A stretch of 64,000 nucleotides of DNA from an uncultured Candidatus Saccharibacteria bacterium (GCA_964551495.1 CAZKCA010000004.1:15439-79438), one strand, 5' to 3'. Positions 36,093 through 48,939 are shown, numbered from the stretch's first letter. The notes: a model not told the origin generated them from the letters alone. Numbers and translations: made by a program.

Positions 36093-37520
36093 TTAAAAAT
36101 CTTCTCCTAGAAATTTTTTGCCGATATTAAATAGCAAGTCTTCTCTATCATGTTCTGCCATAAATTGAATAGCAACTGGCATCTCCTTTGTATCTGTGGA
36201 AACAAAACCAGATGGTACAGAAATAGCTGGTATACCGACTATATTAGCTGGTACTGTAAATATATCGGCCATATACATAGACAAAGGATCAGATGCCTTC
36301 TCGCCTATTTTAAAAGCTGGCATTGGAGTTGTTGGAGTAGCAATAACATCAACTTCTTCAAAAGCTTTTTTGAAATCTTGTCTTATTTTTTCTCTAACAG
36401 CTAAAGCTTTTTTGTAATAATCGTCTGCATAACCAGCAGATAAAACATAAGTTCCAATTAAAATTCTTCTTCTTACTTCTTTACCAAAACCTTCACCTCT
36501 AGTTTTTAAATAATCCTCTAAAAGATTATCTCCTTCTAAATGAAGACCGTACTTAACACCGTCAAAACGAGCCAAATTAGAAGAAACTTCAGCTGGCATA
36601 AGTATATAATAAACAGAAAGAGAATAAGATATTGTTGGTAGTTTTATGTCCCTTATTTCAAAACCTTTTTCTTTAAGTTTTTCTAAGGATTCTTCAAAAT
36701 TTTTCTTAACTTCTTTATCTATTCCATCTTTTTCTAGTATTTCAAAAGGAACGCCAACAACATTACCCTTCCTTTCTTTTTTTGGATACAGATCTTCCCC
36801 ATAAGTAGTACTATCCATTTTATCTAAACCTCTTATAGTATTAAATAAAACTTCAGAGTCAGAAACTGTTTTAGTAGCTGGCCCAATAATATCTAAAGAA
36901 GAACCCATAGCCATAAGCCCATATCTTGAAACACTTCCATAAGTTGGTTTAAGTCCTACAACACCACAAAAAGCAGCTGGTTCCCTTACCGAACCTCCAG
37001 TATCAGAACCCAAAGAGGCAAGCGCTCCTTGCATAGCAACAGAAGCAATAGATCCTCCAGAAGAACCTCCTGCTACTCTTTCTAGATCTAAAGGGTTTTT
37101 TGTAACACCAAAAGCAGAATTTTCTGTGGAACCACCCATAGCAAACTCATCCATATTTGTTCTACCTAAAAACACAACATTTTGATCTTTCAGTTTTTTT
37201 ATAGAAGTAGCATCATAAGGAGCAACAAATCCTTCTAAAATTTTTGAAGCTGAAGAGACTTTCTTACCTTTCAAAAGTAGATTGTCTTTTATAGAAATTG
37301 GAATTCCTGTAAGAGGCTTTATGTTGCCTAAAGAAATTTGCTTGTCAGCTTCCCGAGCCTGTTCTAAAACATCATCATAAACCTCAAGATACGCATTTAT
37401 ACTTGGGTTGATTTTCTCTATCTGAGAAAGATAGGCTTTGGCCAAATCTTCGGCAGAAAATTCTCCTTTATCCAAAGACTTTCTTGCACTCTTTATTGTT
37501 ATATTTTTTAAATCAATCAT
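36093..37520 (-). CDS. gatA: Glutamyl-tRNA(Gln) amidotransferase subunit A.
   Basis: Amidase signature GGSSGGSIASVA and catalytic Ser region, 475 aa, adjacent to gatC. Confidence 0.85.
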   Translation of the reverse strand: MIDLKNITIKSARKSLDKGEFSAEDLAKAYLSQIEKINPSINAYLEVYDDVLEQAREADKQISLGNIKPLTGIPISIKDNLLLKGKKVSSASKILEGFVAPYDATSIKKLKDQNVVFLGRTNMDEFAMGGSTENSAFGVTKNPLDLERVAGGSSGGSIASVAMQGALASLGSDTGGSVREPAAFCGVVGLKPTYGSVSRYGLMAMGSSLDIIGPATKTVSDSEVLFNTIRGLDKMDSTTYGEDLYPKKERKGNVVGVPFEILEKDGIDKEVKKNFEESLEKLKEKGFEIRDIKLPTISYSLSVYYILMPAEVSSNLARFDGVKYGLHLEGDNLLEDYLKTRGEGFGKEVRRRILIGTYVLSAGYADDYYKKALAVREKIRQDFKKAFEEVDVIATPTTPMPAFKIGEKASDPLSMYMADIFTVPANIVGIPAISVPSGFVSTDTKEMPVAIQFMAEHDREDLLFNIGKKFLGEDF

Positions 37521-37524
37521 ATTA

Positions 37525-37803
37525 TTAGAAAATATTTTTTACATCAACATAACCCCCTTCCTTTTTTGGGGCATTATTTAAGATATCTTCAGTATATTCA
37601 TTAGGATCGTTAGTTAAAATATCATCCCTTAAAATATTTCTTAGTATAGGTTTTTGAACATCTAATTCTTCTGAGAATGATTTTATTTGACTGACATATT
37701 CCAATATAGAATCAATTTCTTTTGTTAAAGATACAGCCTCATCGTCTTTTATACCAACTCTGGCCAAAGAAGCTAGATTTTTTATATCCTCTTTATTTAT
37801 CAT
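37525..37803 (-). CDS. gatC: Asp/Glu-tRNA amidotransferase subunit C.
   Basis: From internal Met: MINKEDIKNLASLARVGIKDDE...GGYVDVKNIF, GatC-like, ~92 aa, immediately upstream of gatA. Confidence 0.65.
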   Translation of the reverse strand: MINKEDIKNLASLARVGIKDDEAVSLTKEIDSILEYVSQIKSFSEELDVQKPILRNILRDDILTNDPNEYTEDILNNAPKKEGGYVDVKNIF

Positions 37804-37868
37804 AAAAGTAATACTAGCATAATTTGCAAAATAATAAAGATTATAGTTTAATCGAGTCGGAGGACAAG

Positions 37869-38201
37869 ATGTTTTACTTTTTCTTGGGACAAACATTAAA
37901 GAACCACAGAAAAAATATCCTTAAATGTAGTATGAAAAGTATTTCTAAAGATACAGGTATTAGAACTACACAATTGTCGTGTTGGGAGAATGGCCAAACT
38001 TTACCAACAAAAGAAAGCTTAACCAAGATATCTGAGGGTTATAAAATTTCTATAGAAGAATTGGAAAAAATAAGACAAATGGACTTAGATGAAAGGAATA
38101 AGTACAAATACGCAACTAGAACTACAAAGCCAAAAATAAAAAACAGAGCAATATTTGATACAAACATTAGATGCTCTGTTTCTGGAATTAGAAAGAGATA
38201 A
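37869..38201 (+). CDS. XRE-family helix-turn-helix DNA-binding protein.
   Basis: LKNHRKNILKCSMKSISKDTGIRTTQLSCWENGQTLPTKESLTKISEGYKISIEELEKI fits the HTH_3 pattern. Start set at an internal Met to avoid overlap with gatC. Confidence 0.55.
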   Translation: MFYFFLGQTLKNHRKNILKCSMKSISKDTGIRTTQLSCWENGQTLPTKESLTKISEGYKISIEELEKIRQMDLDERNKYKYATRTTKPKIKNRAIFDTNIRCSVSGIRKR

Positions 38202-38202
38202 A

Positions 38203-40224
<2,022 letters not shown>

Positions 40225-40734
40225 CTAATATATAATTTCTGTTCCTCTTTCAAATCTCCTTCCAGAAGATGTATCACAAGTATTATAACCCCTTGATTGA
40301 ATATTTGTATCTCCATCTGCCTCTTTAATAACAGTTACTATAGCACAAGACCCATTGGAAAATGTTAGGTAAAATATACTGTTTGGATCTGCCGATCCTC
40401 CTCCACCAATTTTACTTAACTGACTTGGGTTTGTTGGTATAGTTTGACTATTTGAAGTTACTAATTGATCGTTACATCTTATTGCACCAGCTGTAGTGGT
40501 AGAAAAAGCACTTAAATTAGGATTATCTGGATTTTTTATATCCCAGTATAAAGCACATTCAATACCACTCTCTGCCGCATAAAAAGCATGCTGAGACTCT
40601 TGGCCTGTATAAACTAAAATAAGTTGCTTTAATGAAATATTGATAACAACAAAACTAACCAATAAAAGTATGCTTGTGGTTATTATAGAAATAAGTAAAG
40701 TAAATCCTTTTCTTTTTTTATTTAAATCTTTCAT
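40225..40734 (-). CDS. Pilin-like protein (minor pilin/pseudopilin, PilX-like).
   Basis: N-terminal KRKGFTLLISIITTSILLLV class-III signal-like segment. Part of the T4P operon. Confidence 0.5.
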   Translation of the reverse strand: MKDLNKKRKGFTLLISIITTSILLLVSFVVINISLKQLILVYTGQESQHAFYAAESGIECALYWDIKNPDNPNLSAFSTTTAGAIRCNDQLVTSNSQTIPTNPSQLSKIGGGGSADPNSIFYLTFSNGSCAIVTVIKEADGDTNIQSRGYNTCDTSSGRRFERGTEIIY

Positions 40735-40736
40735 AA

Positions 40737-41327
40737 TTAATTTTTATCAAAAACAGACTGCCTAACAGTTATTGTTTTACCAAATGGACCACTGTTCCAA
40801 GAAACTCTAACAACTACAACAACCTCTTCTGCGGTTACTTGTTCAAATTGTATTTCTCTTCTAAATTTTGTTTCAATCCAACCGGCGGAAGTAGAATACC
40901 CATAAAGTTTTGTTGTCGAATTTTGCCTCAAAACAGAACAGGTTCCAAAACCTCCAGGACAAGCTGTCATTGTTTTAAGTGGAGAATCAATAATGCAAGT
41001 TTTTCCAAAATAACAAGGATCCGCTGGAACAGCAGACATCCCATTTAGCCAGTTAACTTCTGTTCCGCCAAATTCTAGGGCATAGAGATTTGCTATACCA
41101 TTATCATCTCTAATATTTCTGACATATTCCATAGCTTCCTGAATCAAATAAAAAGCAGTTACCTGATCTTTTGCAAAAGAAGATGTTGCTAAACCGTTTT
41201 GAACAGCAGTAAAAGTCCCAAGTATAGACATGGTCAGTATAGAAATAGCAATCAAGGTTTCTACTAAAGTAAAACCTAGTTTATTTTTATAACTGACAGT
41301 ATAATTTTTTTTATTTTTATTTACCAT
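40737..41327 (-). CDS. Type IV minor pilin (PilV-like).
   Basis: Prepilin motif KLGFTLVETLIAISILTM (G/FTLxE). Confidence 0.6.
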   Translation of the reverse strand: MVNKNKKNYTVSYKNKLGFTLVETLIAISILTMSILGTFTAVQNGLATSSFAKDQVTAFYLIQEAMEYVRNIRDDNGIANLYALEFGGTEVNWLNGMSAVPADPCYFGKTCIIDSPLKTMTACPGGFGTCSVLRQNSTTKLYGYSTSAGWIETKFRREIQFEQVTAEEVVVVVRVSWNSGPFGKTITVRQSVFDKN

Positions 41328-41329
41328 TT

Positions 41330-41881
41330 TTATATAAAATCTATTTGCCTTTGAGAAACAGTTGTTTGTAAGCTAAAAGATGATCTGGTGTCCAAATCTG
41401 GACCTGAATGACCTCTAATTAAAATTATTACTCTCGGTTGGTTTAAATTTCCTGGATAAACAGAAGACCCGAACACCCAAAAGGTTAGATCTTCTACTGT
41501 TATATCTGGAGATGTTACATAATAATCAACTCCAGCATCATTTCTTACAATTCTTCCTCCAGATAAACTATAAGTAACCTGTGTTCCTGTCTGAGATAAA
41601 AGGGTTAAAGAAGAAGCTCCTCCAGCACAATCCATTGGCTGACTTAAAACACCAGTAGTACCACAGTGGTAATTTACCCCAAACCTAATTTGTCTGGTCA
41701 TACCTTCTAAAGAAGAATTTAGGTTATCCATAACCGCTCTTAAGTTTTGAGACTTACGATTGGCATCCAAAACAGTCAAAATTGATCCCATACATATAAC
41801 CATAACCAAAGTGAAAACTGAGACAGAAACCATAAGTTCAACAAGTGTAAATCCTTTTTTGTTTTTTATATTTTTAAACAT
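41330..41881 (-). CDS. Type IV minor pilin (PilW-like).
   Basis: Prepilin motif KKGFTLVELMVSVSVFTLV. Confidence 0.6.
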   Translation of the reverse strand: MFKNIKNKKGFTLVELMVSVSVFTLVMVICMGSILTVLDANRKSQNLRAVMDNLNSSLEGMTRQIRFGVNYHCGTTGVLSQPMDCAGGASSLTLLSQTGTQVTYSLSGGRIVRNDAGVDYYVTSPDITVEDLTFWVFGSSVYPGNLNQPRVIILIRGHSGPDLDTRSSFSLQTTVSQRQIDFI

Positions 41882-41885
41882 AATT

Positions 41886-42491
41886 TTAATCTACTGAAAT
41901 CTGCCCTGTGTTTTCAATATTTATTGTAACAGTATTACCTAGTGGAGACCTCAAAACTATACCTCCTGTTTTGTATAATCCTCCAAAAAATTCATAACCT
42001 GGATTTGTAAATCTTATTTTAGCATCTGGATTAGGTCTTAAAAAGCTTATATTAATACCTATAACACTTGGGTTGACAGGACAATTTGAGGCACCGTTGA
42101 AAGGTGTGCCACAAACCTGACTTACATAGATTCCATTTCTAATTTGTTGTTTAGATATACACTCCCCAACACAATCATTAGTATGATCATATTTTTGATC
42201 ATTATTTAAATCAGCGTACAAATAATAAACAGTTGGATTGCTTATATCAAAATAAATACCATAAGCATTATCAAAATCCTGAGTACCCGAACCAGTTTCC
42301 CTAACGGAAACTCCATAAGCCTGAGACTCTCTTATTGCTATGGCTATTTCCTGGGCAGTAGAAGAAAGAGATAATCTGTCACTAAATTCCCTATAGCCAA
42401 ATAAAACAACAGCACTTATTAAAACAACGATAGCTATGACTATATTCATCTCTATAAGAGTAAATCCTTTTTGGTTAAAATTATTTTTCAT
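41886..42491 (-). CDS. Type IV minor pilin (FimT/GspH-like).
   Basis: Prepilin motif QKGFTLIEMNIVIAIVVLI. Confidence 0.6.
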   Translation of the reverse strand: MKNNFNQKGFTLIEMNIVIAIVVLISAVVLFGYREFSDRLSLSSTAQEIAIAIRESQAYGVSVRETGSGTQDFDNAYGIYFDISNPTVYYLYADLNNDQKYDHTNDCVGECISKQQIRNGIYVSQVCGTPFNGASNCPVNPSVIGINISFLRPNPDAKIRFTNPGYEFFGGLYKTGGIVLRSPLGNTVTINIENTGQISVD

Positions 42492-42492
42492 A

Positions 42493-43347
42493 CTATAAAA
42501 CTATAAGTGAAATAAACTTTTCTATACTAAATACGTCTATCTGACTAAAAAAGGCAATGAACGTTCCTAAAATTAAAAAAGGAGCAAAAGGAATTTCAGA
42601 TTTCATACCAACAAATTTTCTTTTATTTATTCTATCAAAAATAATCATCCCCACGCTCCACAAAGCTCCTACCCAAAAAGCAAAAATAATAGCTGAAATA
42701 CCAATAGCAAATCCCAAAAGTGCCCCTATACCAAATATCAGTTTTATATCTCCAAAACCAATTAATCTACCTTTTGACATAAGCCATAGTAAATAAAATG
42801 GGATAGAAAGTAAAAACGGAGATAAAGCATCAAAAATATCTATAATGTTTAAATCATTTATTTTGTAGCTTAAAAATAAAATAAGTTTGATTGAGGCAAT
42901 AAATATAAAAAGATAAACCAATCTATCTGGTATAATCATGTGTTTTAAGTCATACAGACCTATGACAACCAAAAGACTGAAGGAAACAATATATGATAAA
43001 AATAAAAATAAAATATAAGGAAAACTGTTTTCAAAAACTGAATTGTAAACTGGCAAATAATAGAGATGTCTAATAACGACGCCAACAAAAAGAAGTCCTA
43101 CCAAAACTTCCACAATAAAATACCTTGGGGATATCTGACTTTTACAAGATCTACATTTGCCTCCCAAAAATAAATAACTAAACAAAGGTATTAGTTCATA
43201 CCATTTAAGTTTTGAAGAACAATGAAAACACTCAGACCTACCGGAAACAATAGGCATACCACTGTTATATCTTAAAGCTACAACATTTAGAAAACTTCCA
43301 ACCAGAGCTCCTAAGAAAAAAACATATAAAAACAGAAAAGTCTCCAT
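42493..43347 (-). CDS. pilD: Prepilin peptidase (A24 family).
   Basis: N-terminal CxxC...CxxC zinc-binding segment (CFHCSS...CRSC), eight TM helices. Conserved-Asp region not confirmed. Confidence 0.75.
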   Translation of the reverse strand: METFLFLYVFFLGALVGSFLNVVALRYNSGMPIVSGRSECFHCSSKLKWYELIPLFSYLFLGGKCRSCKSQISPRYFIVEVLVGLLFVGVVIRHLYYLPVYNSVFENSFPYILFLFLSYIVSFSLLVVIGLYDLKHMIIPDRLVYLFIFIASIKLILFLSYKINDLNIIDIFDALSPFLLSIPFYLLWLMSKGRLIGFGDIKLIFGIGALLGFAIGISAIIFAFWVGALWSVGMIIFDRINKRKFVGMKSEIPFAPFLILGTFIAFFSQIDVFSIEKFISLIVL

Positions 43348-43459
43348 GTATATATTATATATGTTTAGAGAGATATTAAAAAATATAATTGGTGATAACT
43401 AGACAACAAAAAACCGGTGATACCGGTCTTTTGTTAGGTTTAAACCAAGATAATTTGGA

Positions 43460-43882
43460 TTAAGGACAAACTGTAACAGCTCCAGCCGGATTTGTTGTTA
43501 ACAATTTTGATTGACCTGTAGAGTCAACACACCATGAATCTGTTGGTTCTGTTTTTAGTTCTACCCAAGCAGCCCAAGCTGTTGCAGAATCTGCACATCT
43601 TGTAGCCAGTGTTCCAGCAGATCCAGCAGCTGTTATAGCAGCGTTAACAGCATTAGTCACTTGTGTGTTATCACAAACAGTTTCATAACTTCCATTAGCT
43701 CCATCATAAACCAACTCTGCTTGAGCACGAATATTGTTTAGGTTTGATTTAATGGCAGCATCAGCACCTTTACCTCTTGCTGTGTTTAGAGAAGCTAAAA
43801 CGACAGAAGAAAGAATACCGATGATTGCGATAACCACTAGAAGTTCGATAAGTGTGAAACCGCGACTATATGTTTTTTTCAT
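43460..43882 (-). CDS. pilA: Type IVa major pilin.
   Basis: From internal Met: MKKTYSRGFTLIELLVVIAIIGILSSVVLASL. C-terminal Cys pair (C...C) forms the D-region. Confidence 0.75.
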   Translation of the reverse strand: MKKTYSRGFTLIELLVVIAIIGILSSVVLASLNTARGKGADAAIKSNLNNIRAQAELVYDGANGSYETVCDNTQVTNAVNAAITAAGSAGTLATRCADSATAWAAWVELKTEPTDSWCVDSTGQSKLLTTNPAGAVTVCP

Positions 43883-44009
43883 AAATAATTTTGTATACAA
43901 ACTTATATAAAAACTGATAATAAAATCCTTTACGGATTGTCGTTTTTTAAACGAATACTTATATTATACTTTAATAATGGCTAGAAAAAAGGTTGCCTGT
44001 GGATAATCA

Positions 44010-44435
44010 CTAAGGGCAGTTTGTTGTAGTCGGAGCAGTATCTGAAAGTCTTGCTACCCCAGAACTGTCTATACACCAATAATCTACACCTGATGATCCA
44101 TTTACCAAGTTTTGACTTTTCAAAGGAGCTGCTGCAGCCCAGTTTGATGTGTTATCAAAGCAAACATCAGAAGTTGTGTTCCCTGCCCCTGTTTGACTTG
44201 CCTCATTCAATGCTCTTGTTACTGTAGTATCAGCACAGACATTATCATACGTCCCACTATCTAAATCATACCTAAGTTCGGCTGAAGCCCTTACTGAATT
44301 TAGGTTTGATTTAACAGCTGCATCTGCGCCTCTTTGTCTAGCCGAGTTTAGAGAAGCCAAAACAACAGAAGAAAGAACTCCTATAATAGCTATAACGACC
44401 AGTAACTCTATCAATGTAAAACCTTTATTTTTCAT
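44010..44435 (-). CDS. pilA: Type IVa pilin, second paralog.
   Basis: From internal Met: MKNKGFTLIELLVVIAIIGVLSSVVLASLNSAR. C-terminal Cys pair. Confidence 0.7.
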   Translation of the reverse strand: MKNKGFTLIELLVVIAIIGVLSSVVLASLNSARQRGADAAVKSNLNSVRASAELRYDLDSGTYDNVCADTTVTRALNEASQTGAGNTTSDVCFDNTSNWAAAAPLKSQNLVNGSSGVDYWCIDSSGVARLSDTAPTTTNCP

Positions 44436-44460
44436 TTTTGTAAAATAAACTGATAATATT

Positions 44461-45669
44461 TTATACTCCAGCAGAAGCAATGTTATAAATAGGCATAAGA
44501 ACAGAGGCTAGAAGTATTCCTACACCAAGACCCAATGCCACAATCATAATAGGCTCTATCAACCCGACAAGAGTATCTACCGCTGTAGTAACCTCTCTTT
44601 GATAAAACTTGGCTAAAGTTTTTAAAATATTTCCAAGCTCCCCTGTCTCTTCTCCAACTTTTATCATCTGGACCATTATACCTGGAATTTCTTTATACTG
44701 AGCAAAAGCACTAGATAGAGTTCCCCCACTTTTTACATCATATAAAGTTTGATCGATGATTTTTTTATAAACAGCATTATCTACCACCGCTCCTGTAATT
44801 TCCAAGGCTCTAAGTATAGGTATACCAGATATAATCATGGTGTTCATGTTGTCAGCAATCCTAGAAAGATAAAGCTTCCTATACAAATCACCCAAGTAAG
44901 GAATCTGAAGTTTTATTTCATCTAATCGATAAGCACCCTCTTCTGTTTGAGAATACTTCCAGACAAAAAAACCAATTATAACAGCACCTACAGCCATAAA
45001 CACACCGTAGTTCAAAAATAGATTACTTATACCTAAAACGATTTTAGTATAAATAGGGATTTCCTGTCCTGATTCAGTAAGCATGACAGATATTTTTGGA
45101 ATAATAACTGTAAGCATAAGTATCATAACGCCAACAAAAGTTGCAATAACAAAAGCTGGGTAAACTAAGGCATTTTTAGCTTTTGATGTTACTTCATAAG
45201 TCCTATCCAAATAATCAGCAAGATAATTAAAAGTATCATCCAATTTTCCTGATTCTTCTCCCGCTTTGACCATGTTCACATAAAAAGGAGAAAAAGCGTC
45301 TGGATGTTTGGACAAAGCATTTGAAATAGAAGAACCTCCTTGCAAATCATCTGCTATCTGGAATAAATTCTTTTGAAGTAAAGTATTGCTCGATTGTTCA
45401 GCTACCAATCTAAAAATTCTCAAGGCTGAAACTTGAGCTTGGAATAAAGTAGCCATCTGACGAGACAATATAACAATATCTTTATTAGATATTTTATTTA
45501 GAAAAGGAATTTCTATATTAAAAGGTTTTTTCTCTTCTGGAGCTTTTATATCTACTATTATAAGGTTTTGTTTTTGAAGCAAACCTATAGCACTATCAGC
45601 TCCAGGAGCCTCTATTGTTCCTTCTACTTTCTCACCTGTTTGTTTTAAAGCTTTATAAGAATACAGCAT
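44461..45669 (-). CDS. pilC: Type IV pilus inner-membrane platform protein (GspF family).
   Basis: Two GspF repeats, three TM helices, 402 aa. Confidence 0.8.
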   Translation of the reverse strand: MLYSYKALKQTGEKVEGTIEAPGADSAIGLLQKQNLIIVDIKAPEEKKPFNIEIPFLNKISNKDIVILSRQMATLFQAQVSALRIFRLVAEQSSNTLLQKNLFQIADDLQGGSSISNALSKHPDAFSPFYVNMVKAGEESGKLDDTFNYLADYLDRTYEVTSKAKNALVYPAFVIATFVGVMILMLTVIIPKISVMLTESGQEIPIYTKIVLGISNLFLNYGVFMAVGAVIIGFFVWKYSQTEEGAYRLDEIKLQIPYLGDLYRKLYLSRIADNMNTMIISGIPILRALEITGAVVDNAVYKKIIDQTLYDVKSGGTLSSAFAQYKEIPGIMVQMIKVGEETGELGNILKTLAKFYQREVTTAVDTLVGLIEPIMIVALGLGVGILLASVLMPIYNIASAGV

Positions 45670-45679
45670 AACTAAATAA

Positions 45680-46747
45680 TTATAACATTCTTTCTAATCC
45701 CCTTGGATTTTGTGAAAACATGTAAGCATTTTCAATAGTTATCTCGCCTTGTCTAACTAGTTCTGTAAGATACCTGTTTAAATCTATCATTCCAAATTCT
45801 GAACCAGTTTCTATAACAGAACCTATTTCATGTATCCTGTTTTCTCTAATCAAGTTGGCTACAGCATTATTGTTTATCAAAAGCTCACATGCTGGTATCA
45901 ATCCTCCAGAAACTCTTGGTATCAATCTTTGAGAAAATATTCCGAGTAAACTTGATGAGAGCTGAACCCTAATTTGGTTTTGTTGTTCTCCTGGAAAAGA
46001 GTCTATTATACGAGCAATGGTTTGAGCAGCATTATTTGTGTGCAATGTAGAAAACACCAAGTGTCCTGTTTCAGCAGCAGTCACAGCTGTAGCTATTGTC
46101 TCAGGATTTCTCATTTCACCTATCATAACCACATCAACATCTTGTCTAAAAAGATCTTTCAAGGCTTGAGCAAAATCTGGTGTATCTTCCCTAACTTCTC
46201 TTTGGTCAACCAAAGATTTTTTATCTTCAAATATATACTCTACAGGATCTTCTATAGTTATTATATGTTCTAATCTTCTTTCATTGACCATATCTATCAT
46301 TGCTGCCAAAGTGGTACTTTTACCTTGCCCTGTAGGACCAACAACCAAGAAAAATCCTTGTTGTTTTGTTGTAAAAGTTTCTAAGATAGAAGGTAGCTTT
46401 AGTTCTTCTAAAGTTTTTATTCTGTTTGAAATAAGACGCATAGCAATACCAACTTTACCTAACTGGAAAAATACATTGATCCTAAACCTTGCATCTTCTT
46501 TATACTGATAAGAAAAATCTATAGCTTTATCATTTAAAAACTTAGCCTTTTTTGGCTCATCCAAAAGCTCCTCCAAAATTCCCTTTATATCATTTTTTGT
46601 TATAACCTCATGTTTAACTATTGGTATTAAAGACCCGGCAACACGGATAATAGGAGCTTTACCTTCAGAAAGATGCAAATCTGAAGCATCTTCTTTCAAA
46701 ACAATTTGTATTAAATTTTCTAAAACTTTTTTATAATCAGCAGTCAT
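45680..46747 (-). CDS. pilT: Twitching-motility/retraction ATPase PilT.
   Basis: Walker A GPTGQGKSTT, Asp/His boxes, no N-terminal GSPII_E_N domain, 355 aa. Confidence 0.8.
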   Translation of the reverse strand: MTADYKKVLENLIQIVLKEDASDLHLSEGKAPIIRVAGSLIPIVKHEVITKNDIKGILEELLDEPKKAKFLNDKAIDFSYQYKEDARFRINVFFQLGKVGIAMRLISNRIKTLEELKLPSILETFTTKQQGFFLVVGPTGQGKSTTLAAMIDMVNERRLEHIITIEDPVEYIFEDKKSLVDQREVREDTPDFAQALKDLFRQDVDVVMIGEMRNPETIATAVTAAETGHLVFSTLHTNNAAQTIARIIDSFPGEQQNQIRVQLSSSLLGIFSQRLIPRVSGGLIPACELLINNNAVANLIRENRIHEIGSVIETGSEFGMIDLNRYLTELVRQGEITIENAYMFSQNPRGLERML

Positions 46748-47137
46748 TTATTTTTTATTATCTTTATAAATAGAAACAACCTGATCAACAACCTCTGAAG
46801 GTATAGTTGTCGCTTTTACAATATAACCAGCAACACCAAGCTCTTTTGCTTTATCCACCTCATCTGGTTGATTTGTAAGCATAACCACAATAGCCTCTGG
46901 GCAAAGTTTTTCTTTTCTAATATTTTCTAAAAGCTCTATACCATCCATTCCTGGCATTATTATATCCAAAACAATTATGTCATACTCCTCTCCTGCTCTT
47001 AGTTTATCTAAAGCATTTATACTGCTTGAAACAACAGTCACATCCAGATCTGCTTTCTTGAATTTCAAAGAATACATATCCAAAAGAAAACTATCGTCAT
47101 CTACAAGCATTATTTTTGTTTTTTCTTTTTCTGTCAT
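46748..47137 (-). CDS. Single-domain response regulator (CheY-like receiver).
   Basis: KIMLVDDDSFLLDMY...DIIVLDIIMPGMDGIELLENIRK, conserved Asp pocket, 129 aa. Confidence 0.75.
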   Translation of the reverse strand: MTEKEKTKIMLVDDDSFLLDMYSLKFKKADLDVTVVSSSINALDKLRAGEEYDIIVLDIIMPGMDGIELLENIRKEKLCPEAIVVMLTNQPDEVDKAKELGVAGYIVKATTIPSEVVDQVVSIYKDNKK

Positions 47138-47146
47138 ATAAGTTAA

Positions 47147-48910
47147 TTATAACGTATTTACCTCTTCAAAAGGAATTTCCTTGTGCATTGCTTTAAGTAT
47201 TGCATCTTCTTTCATTGAGAGCATTCCCTTTTGTCTAGCCAATTTAGTAATTTCAATTTCTGTAGGATTTTTCAAAACAACACTTTCTAACTCTTTATCC
47301 ATTTCCAGAACCTCCAAAACAGCCAACCTGCCTCTTGTTCCATTTGGACAATCTGAAGTCCCAGAAGCTTCGTAAACAGAATCTGTAAACTCTAATTGAT
47401 TTCTATATTTCTCTGGCAAATCAGCAAATTGTTTCTCTACCATCATTTGTATAGCCCCCTCAACAGGTATAGCCTTACCTGCTCCAGGACAAAGACCTTT
47501 AACAAGTCTCTGAGCAATAGCTAGTATCAGGGTTGGTGCAATAAGATAAGGATCTACACCCATATCTATAAGTCTTGGAATAACTCCAACAGCAGAGTTT
47601 GTGTGAATAGTAGAAAATACCAAGTGTCCTGTAAGAGCCGCTTGTATAGCCAACTGAGCAGTTTCTTTATCTCGAATCTCACCAACCATAATTATATCTG
47701 GATCTTGACGTAGAGTTGTACGAAGTCCTGAGGCAAAAGTATACCCTATCTCTGGTCTTATTTGTGACTGTGAAATACCTTCCATGTTGTACTCAACGGG
47801 ATCTTCCAAAGAAAGAACATTTTGATGTTCTCTATCAAGCTCATTTAGCATGGCATAAAGAGTTGTTGTTTTTCCCGAACCAGTTGGACCAGAAATAAGA
47901 ATTAGTCCATATGGTCTTTCTATTGCTTTATGAATTTTTTCCAAGTTACTTTTAGAAAGACCCAGCTTATCAAGAGGTCTAACTCCTTTTTCCTGATCCA
48001 AAATTCTCATCACAATTTTCTCTCCAAAATACGAAGGAAAAGTAGAGACACGAAAGTCAATTTTCCTACCCTCTATTCTTGCTGTAAAACGACCATCCTG
48101 AGGTTTTCTTTTTTCATCAAGTCTCATATTACAAAGGATTTTTATACGAGCCACAACAGCTGAATGGAGTTTGGAAGGTAGAACCAAACTTGTGTTCATA
48201 ACACCATCTACACGAAATCTAACTTTCACATTTTCTCTCCAGGGTTCTATGTGAATATCGGAAGCGTTTCCATCTGTTGCATATCTCAAAATAGTAGCCA
48301 CAATTTTTGTAACAGGAGCATCTTCATTTATTTTTCCATCTTTCCCACCAGAATCCCCAGAATCCGGAGAATCTCCAGAATCATGACTTTCATCATCATT
48401 ATCATCTCCTTTTTTCTTTTTATTAACTTCTTCCTCTATTTTTAGTTCTGTTTCTAGTTCAGACAACGCCTTAGAAACTTCACCCGTCAAACCCTTGTAT
48501 GAAGAAAATATTTTATTAAAATCTGTTTCAGAAATTAAAAATATCTTAAAAGGCATTTCTAATTTTGCTGAAATAAAATTCAAAGCATCTCTGGCCTCAA
48601 TATTGTCAGGATTAACCATCCCAACCTCCAAAACTCCATCTTCTACACCAATCGGAATAAATTGATAATGAGATGCTGATTCTTCTGGTATGTACTCCAA
48701 AATCTTACCTGGTACATCCTTACCTTCCATGTTTCTTGTTGGTACACCTAAATACTCTCCTTGCACTTCCAAAATATCTGAAGCAGAAAATCCTTTTTGT
48801 ATTAAAACTTGTTCAGGAGTTAAACCAAGTCTAGCAGATTCTTTACTGACCTGTTTTAACTGATCATCTGAAATTTTTCCCTTTTGGAGTAATAGGTTTA
48901 AAATATCCAT
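47147..48910 (-). CDS. pilB: Type IV pilus assembly ATPase PilB (GspE family), with an acidic Ser/Asp low-complexity insert.
   Basis: N-terminal GSPII_E_N domain, Walker A GPTGSGKTT, tetracysteine motif region CPGAG...C. Insert KKKKGDDNDDESHDSGDSPDSGDSGGKDGK. Confidence 0.85.
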   Translation of the reverse strand: MDILNLLLQKGKISDDQLKQVSKESARLGLTPEQVLIQKGFSASDILEVQGEYLGVPTRNMEGKDVPGKILEYIPEESASHYQFIPIGVEDGVLEVGMVNPDNIEARDALNFISAKLEMPFKIFLISETDFNKIFSSYKGLTGEVSKALSELETELKIEEEVNKKKKGDDNDDESHDSGDSPDSGDSGGKDGKINEDAPVTKIVATILRYATDGNASDIHIEPWRENVKVRFRVDGVMNTSLVLPSKLHSAVVARIKILCNMRLDEKRKPQDGRFTARIEGRKIDFRVSTFPSYFGEKIVMRILDQEKGVRPLDKLGLSKSNLEKIHKAIERPYGLILISGPTGSGKTTTLYAMLNELDREHQNVLSLEDPVEYNMEGISQSQIRPEIGYTFASGLRTTLRQDPDIIMVGEIRDKETAQLAIQAALTGHLVFSTIHTNSAVGVIPRLIDMGVDPYLIAPTLILAIAQRLVKGLCPGAGKAIPVEGAIQMMVEKQFADLPEKYRNQLEFTDSVYEASGTSDCPNGTRGRLAVLEVLEMDKELESVVLKNPTEIEITKLARQKGMLSMKEDAILKAMHKEIPFEEVNTL

Positions 48911-48939
48911 AAACTATATTATTAAAAAAAACAAAATAA